DNA from: Chloroflexota bacterium
Lineage (GTDB): Bacteria; Chloroflexota; UBA11872; VXNJ01
NCBI GenBank assembly: GCA_965203015.1
Contig: CBDBBM010000023.1
Span: 64,308 to 128,307, forward strand
Length of the DNA: 64,000 bases
Direction: 5' to 3'
Shown piece by piece: positions 30,241-40,092 of this stretch. Numbering within the stretch: the first letter of the stretch is position 1; every line of letters begins with the position of its first letter. A program made the position numbers and the translations under genes. The notes beneath the pieces were generated by a model. The model was not told where the DNA came from and did no database searches. It worked only from the letters and a program-made list of their open reading frames with translations.

Positions 30241-33200
30241 TCAGGCGGGGCGCTGACGCTCCAGCTCGATGGCCCAGGCGCGGTCGCCGATTCGGAGATC
30301 GCCACGCGCCTCGGCGTTCTCCAGCCTGCCAATGCTCAAGTCTTCGGCCAGCACCTCGCCGGCAATCTCCTCGGCGTGCGCACCCAGCAACTCGGGCAGA
30401 TCCGGCCCCTCTACGGCCAGCGAAATCCGGTCGGAGATCTCGAAACCGGCGTCACGGCGCAGCCCCTGGACCGCATGCACCAGCTCGCGGGCAAGGCCCT
30501 CTCGTTCGAGCGCTGAGTCCAGCTCGGTCGTGATTCCAACCGCCAGCTGCGAGTCGACCGCGACCGCCAGGCCGGCGATTCCCTCGTAGCGGACGATCAG
30601 ATCCTGGTCGCCGAGTTCTTCCGTGCGTCCGTCCAGCTGGATTGCGACGCTCTCTCCGGATTCAAGGCGCGCCGCCACGTCGGCGGCGTCCAGACCGGCG
30701 ATCGCCCGCGCCGCCGTATTGACCGAACGCCCGAACCGCGGTCCGAGACTGCGGAAATTTGGTTTGAGCGAAAAACTCAGCATGGTGGAGCTGGCCTCGG
30801 TCAACCGCAGGGACTTGACGTTCACCTCGGCCAGGATCAGTTCGCGGTGTCGCCACACCGCGCGGCGGCGGACCGGATCGGCGGTGCCCACGACCAGTTC
30901 GGCCAGCGGCTGGCGGTTCTTGAGACCGGACTGGGCCCTGGCCGCGCGCCCCAGCGAAATCACCGCCCTGACGATCTCGAATTCGGATTCCAGTTCGGCG
31001 TCGATGGCCGCGTCGTCGGCGCTCGGCCAGGGGCACAGGAACAGGCTCTCGGGTGCATCCGGGGCGTTCGCCTCCAGGTTCTGGTACAGCTCCTCGGCCA
31101 GGAAGGGCGCCAGCGGCCCCATCAGCCGCGCGATGCCGCCGAGCACCTGGTAGAGGGTCGCGTAGGCGGCCGCCTTGTCGGCGTCGGCCTGCGACTTCCA
31201 GTAGCGGCGCCGGCACAGGCGGACGTACCAGTTGGAAACGTCGTCCCAGAAGCGTTCGAGCTGGTCGACCAGGGGGTACACCCAGTAGCCCTCGTAGGCC
31301 TGCTCGGCCTGCTTCTGCAGCGAGCCCAGGCGCGAGAGTATCCAGCGGTCCAGGACCGGGCGCTCGGGGACCGGCGGCGCCGGCGAGGCCGGATCGAACC
31401 CGTCCAGCTCGGCGTAGGTGAGGAAGAACGCGTAAACGTTCCAGAGGGTCAGGAACCGGCGCACGACCTCGCGCCCGGGTCCGTACCCGAAGCGGACGTT
31501 TGAATTTGGGTTGGTGCCCACGTACATCCAGCGCATCACGTCGGCGCCCATCCGGTCGACCGCCTCGTCGAAGTCGATCGCGTTGCCGAACGAGCGGTGC
31601 ATCGCCTGGCCCTTGTCGTCCATGACCTTCTCGTAGACAAAGCAGGTCTCGTACGGGGCGCGATCGCGGATCGCCACGCTCATAAAGAGCATCGAGTAGA
31701 ACCACAGCCGGATCTGCTCGCGCATCTCGGTGATGAAATTGGCCGGGTACCAGCGGTTCCAGTTCGAGTCCTTGTCGCCCTGGTCGTGGTCCAGGTAGTC
31801 AAGGGTGGAGAAAGGGACGATCCCGGCGTCCAGCCAGCAGTCGCCCACTTCCGGAACGCGCTGGGCGGTCTGGCCGCAGGGGCATTTGATCTCGATCTCG
31901 TCGATCCAGGGCCGGTGCAGTTCCGGCAGGCTGTCGACCTTCCCGGGATCGACGGCGCGCTCGCGCAGCTCGGCGACCGAACCGATCACGATCGTCTGCG
32001 GACATCCCGGGCAGTTGTAGAAGGGCAGCGGCAGGCCCCAGTAGCGCTTGCGCGAGATCGCCCAGTCGCCCATGTTCTCGAGCCAGTCGCGCATCCGCAG
32101 ACCGGCCGAATCGGGGATCCACTCAACCTGTTCGGCGGCCCTGATCATGCGCGGGCGGATCTCGTCGCAGGAAATGAACCACTCGTCGACCAGGTTGAAG
32201 ACGATCTCCTGCTTGCAGCGCCAGCAGACCGGATAGCGGTGGGTGTGCTCGGCCGATTCCAGCAACAGGCCCTTCTGGCGCAGGCTGGCGAGGATGAAAT
32301 CGTTGGCCTCGGCGACCGCGCGGCCGGCCAGTTCGCCGTACTCGGGGCGGTATTTGCCCTCGCCGTCGATGATGTGCAGCGCCGGCAGGTCCTCGGTCTG
32401 GCCCAGTTCGTAGTCCTCGGCCCCGGAGCCGGGCGCGATGTGCACGATCCCGGTTCCCTCGGCCTCGGCGACCTCTTCCCAGGCCACGATCCGGCGCGGC
32501 ACGTCGCGCTGCGGCCCAAGCTCGTCCCAGGGCCCCCTGTACGTAAGCCCCAGGAGATCGCTGCCAGGGAAGGAATCGAGCACCTCGGCGTCCGGGCCCA
32601 GGACCCGGTCCAGGGTCCCGCGGGAGAGGATGTAGACGTAATCGCCGGCGCCGCGCACGCGGACGTATTCAAGGTCCGGGGAGACCGCGCAGGCCACGTT
32701 CCCGGCCAGCGTCCAGGGCGTGGTCGTCCACACCAGCAGGTGGTCGCCGGGCCTTTCCACCAGCGGCAGGCGCAGCGTAACGGCGGTGTGGGTCAGCTCC
32801 TGGTAGGTGTCGGTGCCGAGCAGCTCGTGCTGGGAGAGCGAGGTCCCGCAGCGCGTGCACCACGGCATGACCCGGTGGCCGCGCCGCAGCCAGCCGTTCT
32901 CGTTGCAGGTCTTGAGGAAATGCCAGATGTGCTCGATGTTGCTGTCCGAATGCGTGTAGTACGAATCGGACCAGTCCATCCACATGCCCAGCCGCTTGGA
33001 CTGATCGGTGATCCGCTGCCCGAACCGGCGAACCCGGTCGGCGCAGGCGCGCGAGAAGTTGTCGAGACCGAACTCCTCGATTTCGCGCTTGGAATTTAAC
33101 CCCAGGTCCCGTTCGACCTCGACCTCGACCCACAGGCCCTGGCAGTCGAATCCGTTCTGGTACCGCTGGTCGAACCCGCGCATGGCCCGGTAGCGGGTGT

Positions 33201-33411
33201 AGACGTCCTTGTAGGTGCGCCCCCAGGCGTGGTGGACACCCATCGGGTTGTTGGCGGTGATCGGGCCGTCTATGAACGAGTGGCGCGGACCGCCGCGGTT
33301 CTTTGCGCGCAGCTTTTCAAAGATCTGGTTCTCTTCCCAGAAACCCAGGACCCTTTCCTCGATTGCCGGCAGGTCGGGCTGGGCCGGCGGGCGCTTGAAC
33401 GGCGAAGGCAT
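30241..33411 (-). CDS. ileS: isoleucine--tRNA ligase
   Basis: 1056 aa; ...PITANNPMGVHHAWGRTYKD... HIGH-type motif, class I editing domain, C-terminal anticodon-binding region. Confidence 0.95.
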   Translation of the reverse strand: MPSPFKRPPAQPDLPAIEERVLGFWEENQIFEKLRAKNRGGPRHSFIDGPITANNPMGVHHAWGRTYKDVYTRYRAMRGFDQRYQNGFDCQGLWVEVEVERDLGLNSKREIEEFGLDNFSRACADRVRRFGQRITDQSKRLGMWMDWSDSYYTHSDSNIEHIWHFLKTCNENGWLRRGHRVMPWCTRCGTSLSQHELLGTDTYQELTHTAVTLRLPLVERPGDHLLVWTTTPWTLAGNVACAVSPDLEYVRVRGAGDYVYILSRGTLDRVLGPDAEVLDSFPGSDLLGLTYRGPWDELGPQRDVPRRIVAWEEVAEAEGTGIVHIAPGSGAEDYELGQTEDLPALHIIDGEGKYRPEYGELAGRAVAEANDFILASLRQKGLLLESAEHTHRYPVCWRCKQEIVFNLVDEWFISCDEIRPRMIRAAEQVEWIPDSAGLRMRDWLENMGDWAISRKRYWGLPLPFYNCPGCPQTIVIGSVAELRERAVDPGKVDSLPELHRPWIDEIEIKCPCGQTAQRVPEVGDCWLDAGIVPFSTLDYLDHDQGDKDSNWNRWYPANFITEMREQIRLWFYSMLFMSVAIRDRAPYETCFVYEKVMDDKGQAMHRSFGNAIDFDEAVDRMGADVMRWMYVGTNPNSNVRFGYGPGREVVRRFLTLWNVYAFFLTYAELDGFDPASPAPPVPERPVLDRWILSRLGSLQKQAEQAYEGYWVYPLVDQLERFWDDVSNWYVRLCRRRYWKSQADADKAAAYATLYQVLGGIARLMGPLAPFLAEELYQNLEANAPDAPESLFLCPWPSADDAAIDAELESEFEIVRAVISLGRAARAQSGLKNRQPLAELVVGTADPVRRRAVWRHRELILAEVNVKSLRLTEASSTMLSFSLKPNFRSLGPRFGRSVNTAARAIAGLDAADVAARLESGESVAIQLDGRTEELGDQDLIVRYEGIAGLAVAVDSQLAVGITTELDSALEREGLARELVHAVQGLRRDAGFEISDRISLAVEGPDLPELLGAHAEEIAGEVLAEDLSIGRLENAEARGDLRIGDRAWAIELERQRPA

Positions 33412-33412
33412 C

Positions 33413-34135
33413 TCAGTCGGCCACGGCGATTTCGACGCGCCGGTTGATGCGGCCCTTGTTTGCTCCGCCGATCATCTGCACGGTCCCGACCTGGTCGGTC
33501 GAGGAGACGTGGGTGCCGCCGTCGGCCTGCAGGTCGATGCCGACGATTTCGACGATCCGCACCTGGGTGATTGATTCGGGCAGCAGATTTATGTGGCTGC
33601 GGATCAGGTCCGGGATCTGGAACGCCTCGGCGCGCGGCAGCTCGTAGGTCGTTACCGCGGCCCCCTGGCCGAGAAGGTCGTTTGTGGCCTTTTCCAGGTC
33701 GCCGAGGATGTCGGCGATCCGCATGCCCTCCAGCGCAAAGTCCATCCGCGCCTTGGCGCCGTCGTCGGCGATGTTGGCTCCGGTCACCTGCGCGCCGTAG
33801 TTGGCAAAGACCACCTGCGAGAGCACGTGCAGGGCGGTGTGCAGGCGCATGAGGCGGAAGCGGCGATCCCAGTCGATCCGGCCGCGCACGCGGGTGCCCG
33901 CCACAGGAACATGGCCCTCGACGACGTGGGCGATCTGGCCCTTGATCCGGCGGGCCGGTGCGACCGGATTCCAGATACCGTCGATTTCCAGTTCGCCGCT
34001 GTCCCCGGGTTGGCCGCCGCCGCGCGGGTAAAAGCAGGTCTGATCCAGGAAGATCGCCTGCCCGTCGGAACCCACGACCGCGGCCTCGAATTCGCGCATG
34101 TAGGCATCGTCGTAAAAGAGCGGTCGGGAAGACAT
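33413..34135 (-). CDS. alanyl-tRNA editing protein AlaX-like (Ala-tRNA(Ser/Thr) deacylase)
   Basis: ...HTALHVLSQVV... HxxxH and ...ADGGTHVSSTDQVG... (C/A)GGTH zinc motifs of AlaRS second-additional domain; start at internal Met (MSSRPLFYDD) preferred; 1-bp spacer to ileS. Confidence 0.7.
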   Translation of the reverse strand: MSSRPLFYDDAYMREFEAAVVGSDGQAIFLDQTCFYPRGGGQPGDSGELEIDGIWNPVAPARRIKGQIAHVVEGHVPVAGTRVRGRIDWDRRFRLMRLHTALHVLSQVVFANYGAQVTGANIADDGAKARMDFALEGMRIADILGDLEKATNDLLGQGAAVTTYELPRAEAFQIPDLIRSHINLLPESITQVRIVEIVGIDLQADGGTHVSSTDQVGTVQMIGGANKGRINRRVEIAVAD

Positions 34136-34232
34136 GGCGTCGGAAAGCGGAGCGGGGGACTGGGGGTTCGGGATCGAGCCGCCGGTGCGGTCGTGGCGGC
34201 GCGGATCGATCGGCGCCAAAAGTCTATTCCGA

Positions 34233-34810
34233 TTACGCGCTTTCCGAGTCGGCCCCCTCCTCGGGCGGAAACAGCAGATAGGTGCCCAGCACCCAGCCGC
34301 CGCCTTCCTCGGCCAGCTCGTGCCAGGTCCCGTCTTCATCATCCGCGGTCAGACCGGTAAGTTCGACGATGGCCCGATTCGGCAGGACCCGCAGCACCTG
34401 GCCTCCGAATCCGGCCGAGGAGCGGACGTTCAGACCGACATCGGCATCAACCGCGGCATGTCCGGGCGGGATCTGCAGCGGTTCCGGGGTCGGAGTCGGC
34501 TCGGGCGGTGTAGGCGCGGGGGTCGGGCTGGCGGTAACGGTAGGTTCCGGGGTCGGTTCCGGCGTCGGCGAGGGAGTTGGCGCGGGGGTCGGGGCCCGGG
34601 TCGGAGCGGGGCGTTGCAACCAGGGTCGGCGCGGGTTCGATCACCGCTTCGGCGACGGGTTCTTCGGATGGTTGCCGCAGCAGGAATATCAGTAGCGCTA
34701 TGCCGAAACCGGCCGCGATCGCAAACGCCAGGGTCTGGCGTCGGCTGGTGCGCTGTCGGGCCCGCTCCAGGGCGCGCGATTGAAGCGGGGGCTGGTCGCG
34801 CACGTCCTGG
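34233..34810 (-). pseudogene. membrane-anchored Pro/Thr-rich SH3b-domain protein, apparently frameshifted in a CCCC run near 34605-34615 (possibly artefact); 5' boundary uncertain
   Basis: Frame 1: ...RRQTLAFAIAAGFGIALLIFLLRQPSEEPVAEAVIEPAPTLVAT| then frame 0: |PAPTRAPTPAPTPSPTPEP...DVGLNVRSSAGFGGQVLRVLPNRAIVELTGL...GGWVLGTYL (SH3_3-like); removing one C joins them. Confidence 0.45.
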
Positions 34811-35674
34811 CCCGCCCGGAGCGGTCCTAGCGCGGACGCTGGCCGCGCCGGCGGCTCCGACGGGAGCGCCGCCGCCGGCCGGGACGCCGCCGCCGCCGCG
34901 CTGGCGCGGGCGAGTCGGGCGGTTCGGGATCTGCTTCTTCCGGGACGGGGATCTCTCGGACAGCGGCGTCCCGCCCAGGAAAAGATCCGGAATCCCGACC
35001 CGGTCGGGCGGTTCGCGCTGCGGAACCGTGCCGGCCACATACATTTCGTGCTCATAGCGCAGGCAGCAGAGCAGCCGTCCGCAGACGCCCGAGATCTTGG
35101 CCGGGTTCAGCGGCAGGTTCTGGTTCTTGGCCATGCGCACGGTGACGTTGCCCGGCTCGGTCAGCCACGACGAGCAGCAGAGCGAGAGCCCGCAGCGCCC
35201 GAGACCGTCGACCAGCGCGGCACGCTCGCGGGAGCCTACCTGGCGCAGCTCGATTCGGGCGTGGAAACGGCCGGCGAGCTCGGCGGCAAGGTCCGAATAG
35301 GCGACCGGGCCGCTGGTCGCGATGTTGAAAGTCAGGGTGCTGTCGTCCATGCTCCAGCCGGCCTTGATCGGCTTGATCGGGAGGTCGCGTTCCTTAATCA
35401 GGTCCGCGAACTCGACCATGGCCCGCTGGGCGCGTTCGCTCAATTGCTCGGCCTTGGCGCGGTCCTCGTCGGTGGCGCGGCGGATCACCTTCTTCAGGGA
35501 CCCGCGCAGCTCGCTGGCGTCGATTTCGGTGGGAGCCAGGATCACCCGGCCCAGTTCGCGGCGGTTCCCGGCGTCGACCAGGACATGGTCGTCGGCCTGG
35601 AAATCGACTCCGTCCGGGTCGTAGTAGTAGAGACGGCCGGCGGTCCGGAAGCGCACGCCGATCACGGTCGGCAT
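34430..35674 (-). CDS. PSP1-domain protein (YaaT/RicT-like); C-terminal ~200 aa of this ORF are Arg/Pro/Gly-rich and may be a frame artefact
   Basis: First ~215 aa ...GLGRCGLSLCCSSWL...ISGVCGRLLCCLRYEHEMY... match PSP1 C-terminal conserved Cys motifs; located immediately downstream of holB, as in many bacteria. Confidence 0.7.
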   Translation of the reverse strand: MPTVIGVRFRTAGRLYYYDPDGVDFQADDHVLVDAGNRRELGRVILAPTEIDASELRGSLKKVIRRATDEDRAKAEQLSERAQRAMVEFADLIKERDLPIKPIKAGWSMDDSTLTFNIATSGPVAYSDLAAELAGRFHARIELRQVGSRERAALVDGLGRCGLSLCCSSWLTEPGNVTVRMAKNQNLPLNPAKISGVCGRLLCCLRYEHEMYVAGTVPQREPPDRVGIPDLFLGGTPLSERSPSRKKQIPNRPTRPRQRGGGGVPAGGGAPVGAAGAASVRARTAPGGPGRARPAPASIARPGAGPTAHQPTPDPGVCDRGRFRHSATDIPAAATIRRTRRRSGDRTRADPGCNAPLRPGPRPPRQLPRRRRNRPRNLPLPPARPPRLHRPSRLRPRNRCRSRPDMPRLMPMSV

Positions 35675-35786
35675 GGCGGCCGCCGTCTATCTGATATTTG
35701 CACTGAAACTGAGAGTCGGAATCTTCTCCCGGGCGCTCGGCGCCGGTCGGCGTGGCTCCCCGGGGGTTATGGTCTTGGCTTTGAGT

Positions 35787-36782
35787 TTAGGTCTTTGCGC
35801 CGGCCGGTCCGTCGCTCGGCCGACCGCGGCCGAGGGCCAGGAACACCGCTTCGACGGCGGGCCGGACCATGGTGTTGGCGTGCAGCCGCGTCAGGCCGCT
35901 GCGGACGGTGGCAGCATCGGCCGCCCAGCGCTCAAGCCGATCGGGCAGGCGTCGGGCGGCCAGCGCCAGTTCAAGCCATTCCAGCATCCCGATGGCATTG
36001 CGGCGCCGCTCGGCGGCGCTGCGTCCGCCGGTGGCCACGTCGGCGGCGGCCTGCAGGCGGTCGGCGTCGGAGCGGTCGGGACCGACGGCCGCCAGCATCG
36101 TCTCTACCTGGCGCGCGAATTCGGTGATCCGGCCGGGCTCGGAAAGGATCTGGATCGCCCAGCCGGGCCGCCCGAAAGCGTGCTCCAGGGCCAGTTCCAG
36201 ATCCGCCCCGGAAGCGCCGGTCCGCTCGATCACGAGGGCGCGCAGCTCGGCGCTTGATAGCGGGTAGAGGCGCAGGTGCGAGCAGCGCGAGGCGACCGTG
36301 GCCAGGATCGCGTCGCGGGTGGGGGCGGCCAGCATGATCAGGGTGTGCGGGGGCGGCTGTTCGAGCGTCTTGAGCAGGGCGTTGGCGGCGTTCTCGGTGA
36401 GCAGGTGGGCGCTGGGGAACATGGCGACCTTCAAGCGTCCGCCGACCGCGGTGAGGGCGACGCGCCGCTCGAATTCGCGTACCTGTTCGATCTGGATCCG
36501 CCCGTGTCCCTCCTCGACGTCGATGCTGCGCACGTCGAAATCGACCCCTTCGGCGATCCGGCGACAGCTGGGGCAGCTCCAGCAGGGCCCGCCGGGGCCG
36601 GCTGCGGCGCAGTTGAGGTATGCGGCCAGGCCCCGCATCATCGTCGATTTGCCCGAATGCGGCGGGCCGGTGAACAGCAGCGCATGCGGCAGCCGGTGGC
36701 TTGATAGCATCACCTCCAGCAGCCGCAGCGCGGCCGGCTGGCCGCGCACGCCCAGGTCCAGGCTCATATCGGCCAGACCCAC
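35787..36782 (-). CDS. holB: DNA polymerase III subunit delta'
   Basis: ...LPHALLFTGPPHSGKSTMMRGLAAYLNC...CWSCPSCRRI... Walker A + zinc module of clamp-loader delta'. Confidence 0.85.
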   Translation of the reverse strand: MGLADMSLDLGVRGQPAALRLLEVMLSSHRLPHALLFTGPPHSGKSTMMRGLAAYLNCAAAGPGGPCWSCPSCRRIAEGVDFDVRSIDVEEGHGRIQIEQVREFERRVALTAVGGRLKVAMFPSAHLLTENAANALLKTLEQPPPHTLIMLAAPTRDAILATVASRCSHLRLYPLSSAELRALVIERTGASGADLELALEHAFGRPGWAIQILSEPGRITEFARQVETMLAAVGPDRSDADRLQAAADVATGGRSAAERRRNAIGMLEWLELALAARRLPDRLERWAADAATVRSGLTRLHANTMVRPAVEAVFLALGRGRPSDGPAGAKT

Positions 36783-38554
36783 TGCACCATCAGGACCGTG
36801 ACCGCCATCACCAGCAGGGTCAGCGGCAGGCCGACGCGGGTGAATTCGAGGTACTTGTATCCGCCGGCGTTGTAGACCAGCAGGTTGGCCTGGTGTCCGA
36901 AGGGGGTAATGAAGGCGGTCGAGGCCGCGATCGCGACCGTGATCATCAGGGCGGTGGCCGAGACTCCCAGGTCCGGCGAGGAGGAGAGTTCGAGCGCGAT
37001 CGGGGCCATGATCACGACCGCCGAGGCGTTGGCGACCGCCTGGGTGAGCAATGCCGTGGCCAGGAAAATGACCGCCACCAGGGCGTAGGGCCCGGCCCCG
37101 GCCGCCAGGATGGCAATCTGGTCGGCCAGCGCGCCGGCCACGCCGGTCGACTGCATCGCCGAACCGATCGGGATCATCGCCCCGATCAGGACCGGCAGCC
37201 GCCAGTCGATCGCCTCGTACAGGCGCTGCGACGAGATGACCCGCAGCGCCAGCAGGGCCAGGATTCCGCCCAGCACGGCGACCGCGATGTGGGTCAGGCC
37301 CAGCGCCGCCACGGTGACCACCCCGGCCAGCACCAGCAGCGCCCGCACCGCGGTCGGCTTGACCTTTTCGCGGTGATCGGTGCGCTGCCGCATCAGCAGG
37401 AAATGGTCGTCGCCGGCCAGCGCGCTCAGGCCCTCGCGGGGGAGCTGCACGAGCAGCACGTCGCCGGTCCGGATGCGGGTGCGGGCAAGGTTCGTGGTCA
37501 GGCGCCGGCCATGCCGCCAGATCCCCAGGACCAGCCCGCCGTAGCGGCGCCCGAAGCCGTAATCGGTGAGCGAGTTGACGTTCGATTCAAACCACGGCGT
37601 GGCGACCAGTTCGGATACCACCGTCGTCTCGTCCTGGCCCAGTGCGCCCCCCGCCGGCCGGGCGTGCTCGATCCCGTCCAGGCGGGCCAGGCGCATCACG
37701 TCGTCGTATTCGCCGGAAATGATCAGGGTGTCGCCGATGAAGACCTGGTCGCGCGGCGAGACCGTGCGCAGCCGCTGGCGGCTGCGGCGGATCTCCAGCA
37801 CCGAGACGTTGTAGCGGGCGCGCCAGCCAAGTTCCATGATCGTGGCGCCCGGCTCCTCGAAACGGCCGGTGACCTGCAGCGCGAAGAGAAAGTCGCGGGC
37901 CTGCTCGACCAGCGCCACTTCCCCCTGGGCGGGCCGGTCGGGCAGCAGGCGCCGCCCGATGAAGACGAAATAGACCATACCGGTCGCCATTACCGCCAGG
38001 CCGGTCGGGGCGTAGTCGAACATCCGCAGGCTGCCGGCGCCGGATTCGGCCAGGAGATCGGCGGCGATTATGTTGGGCGGCGTCCCGATCAGGGTGGCCA
38101 GCCCGCCCAGCAGCGACCCGAACGAGAGCGGCATCATCAGTTTCAGGGCCGAGATGTTGGCGGTCCGGGCCAGCCGGTTGACCGCCGGCAGAAGGATCAG
38201 GCTGGCGGCGATGTTGTTTATGAACGCCGACATTGCCCCCACGGTGGACATGATCAGCAGGGTGAGGGCCGATTGCGACGACCCGGTTATTCGGAAAAGG
38301 AACCGCGCGATCGCCTGCGGCACCCCGGCATCGGAAATGGCCGAGGAGAGTACGAAAAACGCCACCACCGTCACCACCGCCGGATGGGCGAACCCGGTCA
38401 GGGCCGAGGTGACGTCGACCACCCCGGCGGCGGCCAGGACCACCAGTCCCAGCACCGCAACCACGTCGGGCCGCAGTTTTTCGGTCGCAAACAGTACCAC
38501 CAGGCCGGCCAGTACGGCGGTGGTTATCCAGGCTGGCGCCCCGAGATCAGCCAT
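36764..38554 (-). CDS. SLC13/DASS-type anion permease with two central TrkA-C domains
   Basis: 596 aa; N- and C-terminal multi-helix permease halves flanking two ~80-aa TrkA-C-like cytoplasmic repeats (...VLEIRRSRQRLRTVSPRDQVFIGDTLIISGEYDDV...). Confidence 0.75.
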   Translation of the reverse strand: MADLGAPAWITTAVLAGLVVLFATEKLRPDVVAVLGLVVLAAAGVVDVTSALTGFAHPAVVTVVAFFVLSSAISDAGVPQAIARFLFRITGSSQSALTLLIMSTVGAMSAFINNIAASLILLPAVNRLARTANISALKLMMPLSFGSLLGGLATLIGTPPNIIAADLLAESGAGSLRMFDYAPTGLAVMATGMVYFVFIGRRLLPDRPAQGEVALVEQARDFLFALQVTGRFEEPGATIMELGWRARYNVSVLEIRRSRQRLRTVSPRDQVFIGDTLIISGEYDDVMRLARLDGIEHARPAGGALGQDETTVVSELVATPWFESNVNSLTDYGFGRRYGGLVLGIWRHGRRLTTNLARTRIRTGDVLLVQLPREGLSALAGDDHFLLMRQRTDHREKVKPTAVRALLVLAGVVTVAALGLTHIAVAVLGGILALLALRVISSQRLYEAIDWRLPVLIGAMIPIGSAMQSTGVAGALADQIAILAAGAGPYALVAVIFLATALLTQAVANASAVVIMAPIALELSSSPDLGVSATALMITVAIAASTAFITPFGHQANLLVYNAGGYKYLEFTRVGLPLTLLVMAVTVLMVQWVWPI

Positions 38555-38577
38555 GGGCCTGCGGCGGGCGCGGGGCC

Positions 38578-39210
38578 CTAACCGCCGCTGTCCACTTCGG
38601 CCCCGGCCCAGGCGGTGACGAATTCACGCACCAGTTCGGCGTCGACCTGGTTCAGCCGCAGGAGGGCTCCCCAGGCGGTCAGGTGGACGTGGGCGGTGGC
38701 GGCGGCCCGGTAGGGGGCCAGGATGACGGGGTAGTCCGAGGTCTGGTCAACGATCTCTTCCAGCTGCCCGATCATCTGGGCGCATATCGCGGCCGTCGGC
38801 GCGCAGCTGTACTGGACCAGGACCGTGCCCTCGGCCAGCGCGGCCACCTGCTCCAGGTTGGTCAATTCGGTCGTGTAGACGCCGGGCTGCGGGGCGGTCT
38901 CGGCGCGGGCCCCCGAAGTGGGCGGAATGGTCAGGTACGGGTCGTGCATGCTGCCCGGCGAAACCACCACCGCGGGCGCCGTGTCGGGACGATCGCCGGG
39001 CGGTCCCTCCAGCAGGGAGTTGATGGCCATGAATTCAAACGGAATCAGGACCACCATCAGCACCGCCAGGATGACGATCCGCTTCTGCCGAAACGGGTTG
39101 AACCCGCCCCCACCCGACGGTTTGGGGGCCTGACGGCGCGGCGCCTGCTGGGGCGCCTGCCGCGGCGCGTCCGCAGCGGTGCGACGGCGACGGCGGCGCG
39201 AACTCATCTG
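38578..39210 (-). CDS. hypothetical membrane-anchored protein (possibly DUF3105-like)
   Basis: Arg-rich N-terminus, one TM (IVILAVLMVVLIPF), ~150-aa extracytoplasmic domain with conserved Cys pair; start at internal Met preferred over 39405. Confidence 0.4.
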   Translation of the reverse strand, partial: QMSSRRRRRRTAADAPRQAPQQAPRRQAPKPSGGGGFNPFRQKRIVILAVLMVVLIPFEFMAINSLLEGPPGDRPDTAPAVVVSPGSMHDPYLTIPPTSGARAETAPQPGVYTTELTNLEQVAALAEGTVLVQYSCAPTAAICAQMIGQLEEIVDQTSDYPVILAPYRAAATAHVHLTAWGALLRLNQVDAELVREFVTAWAGAEVDSGG

Positions 39211-39443
39211 GGTGGTCTGGATACCTCTGACGGGAACGGGTTGGGCCCGCGACTGGGGGCCGGGGCAATTCTGGCAGCACCCGACGGCGGCAAAGCGCAA
39301 TCCGGCGCATTCGCCGAGCTTTCTATAATCTGGTCGGAACGGTCGCAGGACCGTCACCGCCCGAAGCAACTGGCAAATACAAGACAATTTCCGGGCGGAG
39401 CCCAATAGCGGCCAAGCATCAGTACGCGTTCAGAGGAATCGGC

Positions 39444-39710
39444 TTGCCATACACCGGCAGCAAGCAGGAAGCAATCGAAACCCTGCAAAACCACGAGTTC
39501 GACACCGGCTCGACCGAGGTCCAGATTGGCGTCCTGACCACCCGCATCGTGCATCTGACCGAACACCTGCGCGAGCACAAGCACGATCACCACTCGCGGC
39601 GCGGCCTGCTCAAGCTGGTCGGCAAGCGCGGATCATTGCTCAGGTACCTGCGCGAGAAGAACCCGGATCGCTACAGCCAAGTCGTGACAACGCTGGAGTT
39701 GCGCAGATAG
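39444..39710 (+). CDS. rpsO: 30S ribosomal protein S15
   Basis: ...[43 protein letters not shown]... near-consensus S15. Confidence 0.95.
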   Translation: MPYTGSKQEAIETLQNHEFDTGSTEVQIGVLTTRIVHLTEHLREHKHDHHSRRGLLKLVGKRGSLLRYLREKNPDRYSQVVTTLELRR

Positions 39711-39711
39711 A

Positions 39712-39736
39712 AGCGTCCCGCCGGGACGAGTTTTGA
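39712..39736 (+). terminator. rpsO rho-independent terminator
   Basis: gcgtcccg-ccgg-gacg(c) hairpin + GTTTTG. Confidence 0.6.
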
Positions 39737-40092
39737 ACCAGATCAGAAGTTGGAACCGCCAAGCCCGAAGCCGTGTCGGCGCACCCTTATGCCGACCGGA
39801 CCCCGAAGGGCACAACCGCCTGGACGAAGCGCCTTGCCACGATTCAGGCTGCGTACCCACACCCCACCCGACCGCCGAACCAGGCGGCCCCTACCGAAAG
39901 CCAGAGGCAACCCCGGAAAGTAACTAGCAATCGAAGCCTTCCGCACCATTCCGGATCCCAATGCGACCGAATCGGCCCGACCATTTTGAAAGCAGGCAAG
40001 CGTGCGGACCTGGAGGCTGCTCCCCGCGGGGACGGTCTGGATCCGAACCATTACCAAAGCAACGTATCAAATCAATTGAGAAGAGTGCCTTG

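Noticed and set aside
31597-33099. 500-aa + strand ORF and other long ORFs inside ileS
   Set aside because: Antisense to ileS; no recognisable motifs.
34480-34640. Short tandem ccgg(g/c)gtcgg-type repeats
   Set aside because: Encode the Pro/Thr-rich linker of the SH3b protein (minus strand); not a CRISPR or satellite.
36701-38581. 626-aa ORF on + strand (Gly/Arg/Asp/His-rich)
   Set aside because: Antisense to the well-supported SLC13/TrkA-C permease gene; composition typical of wrong-frame GC-rich translation.
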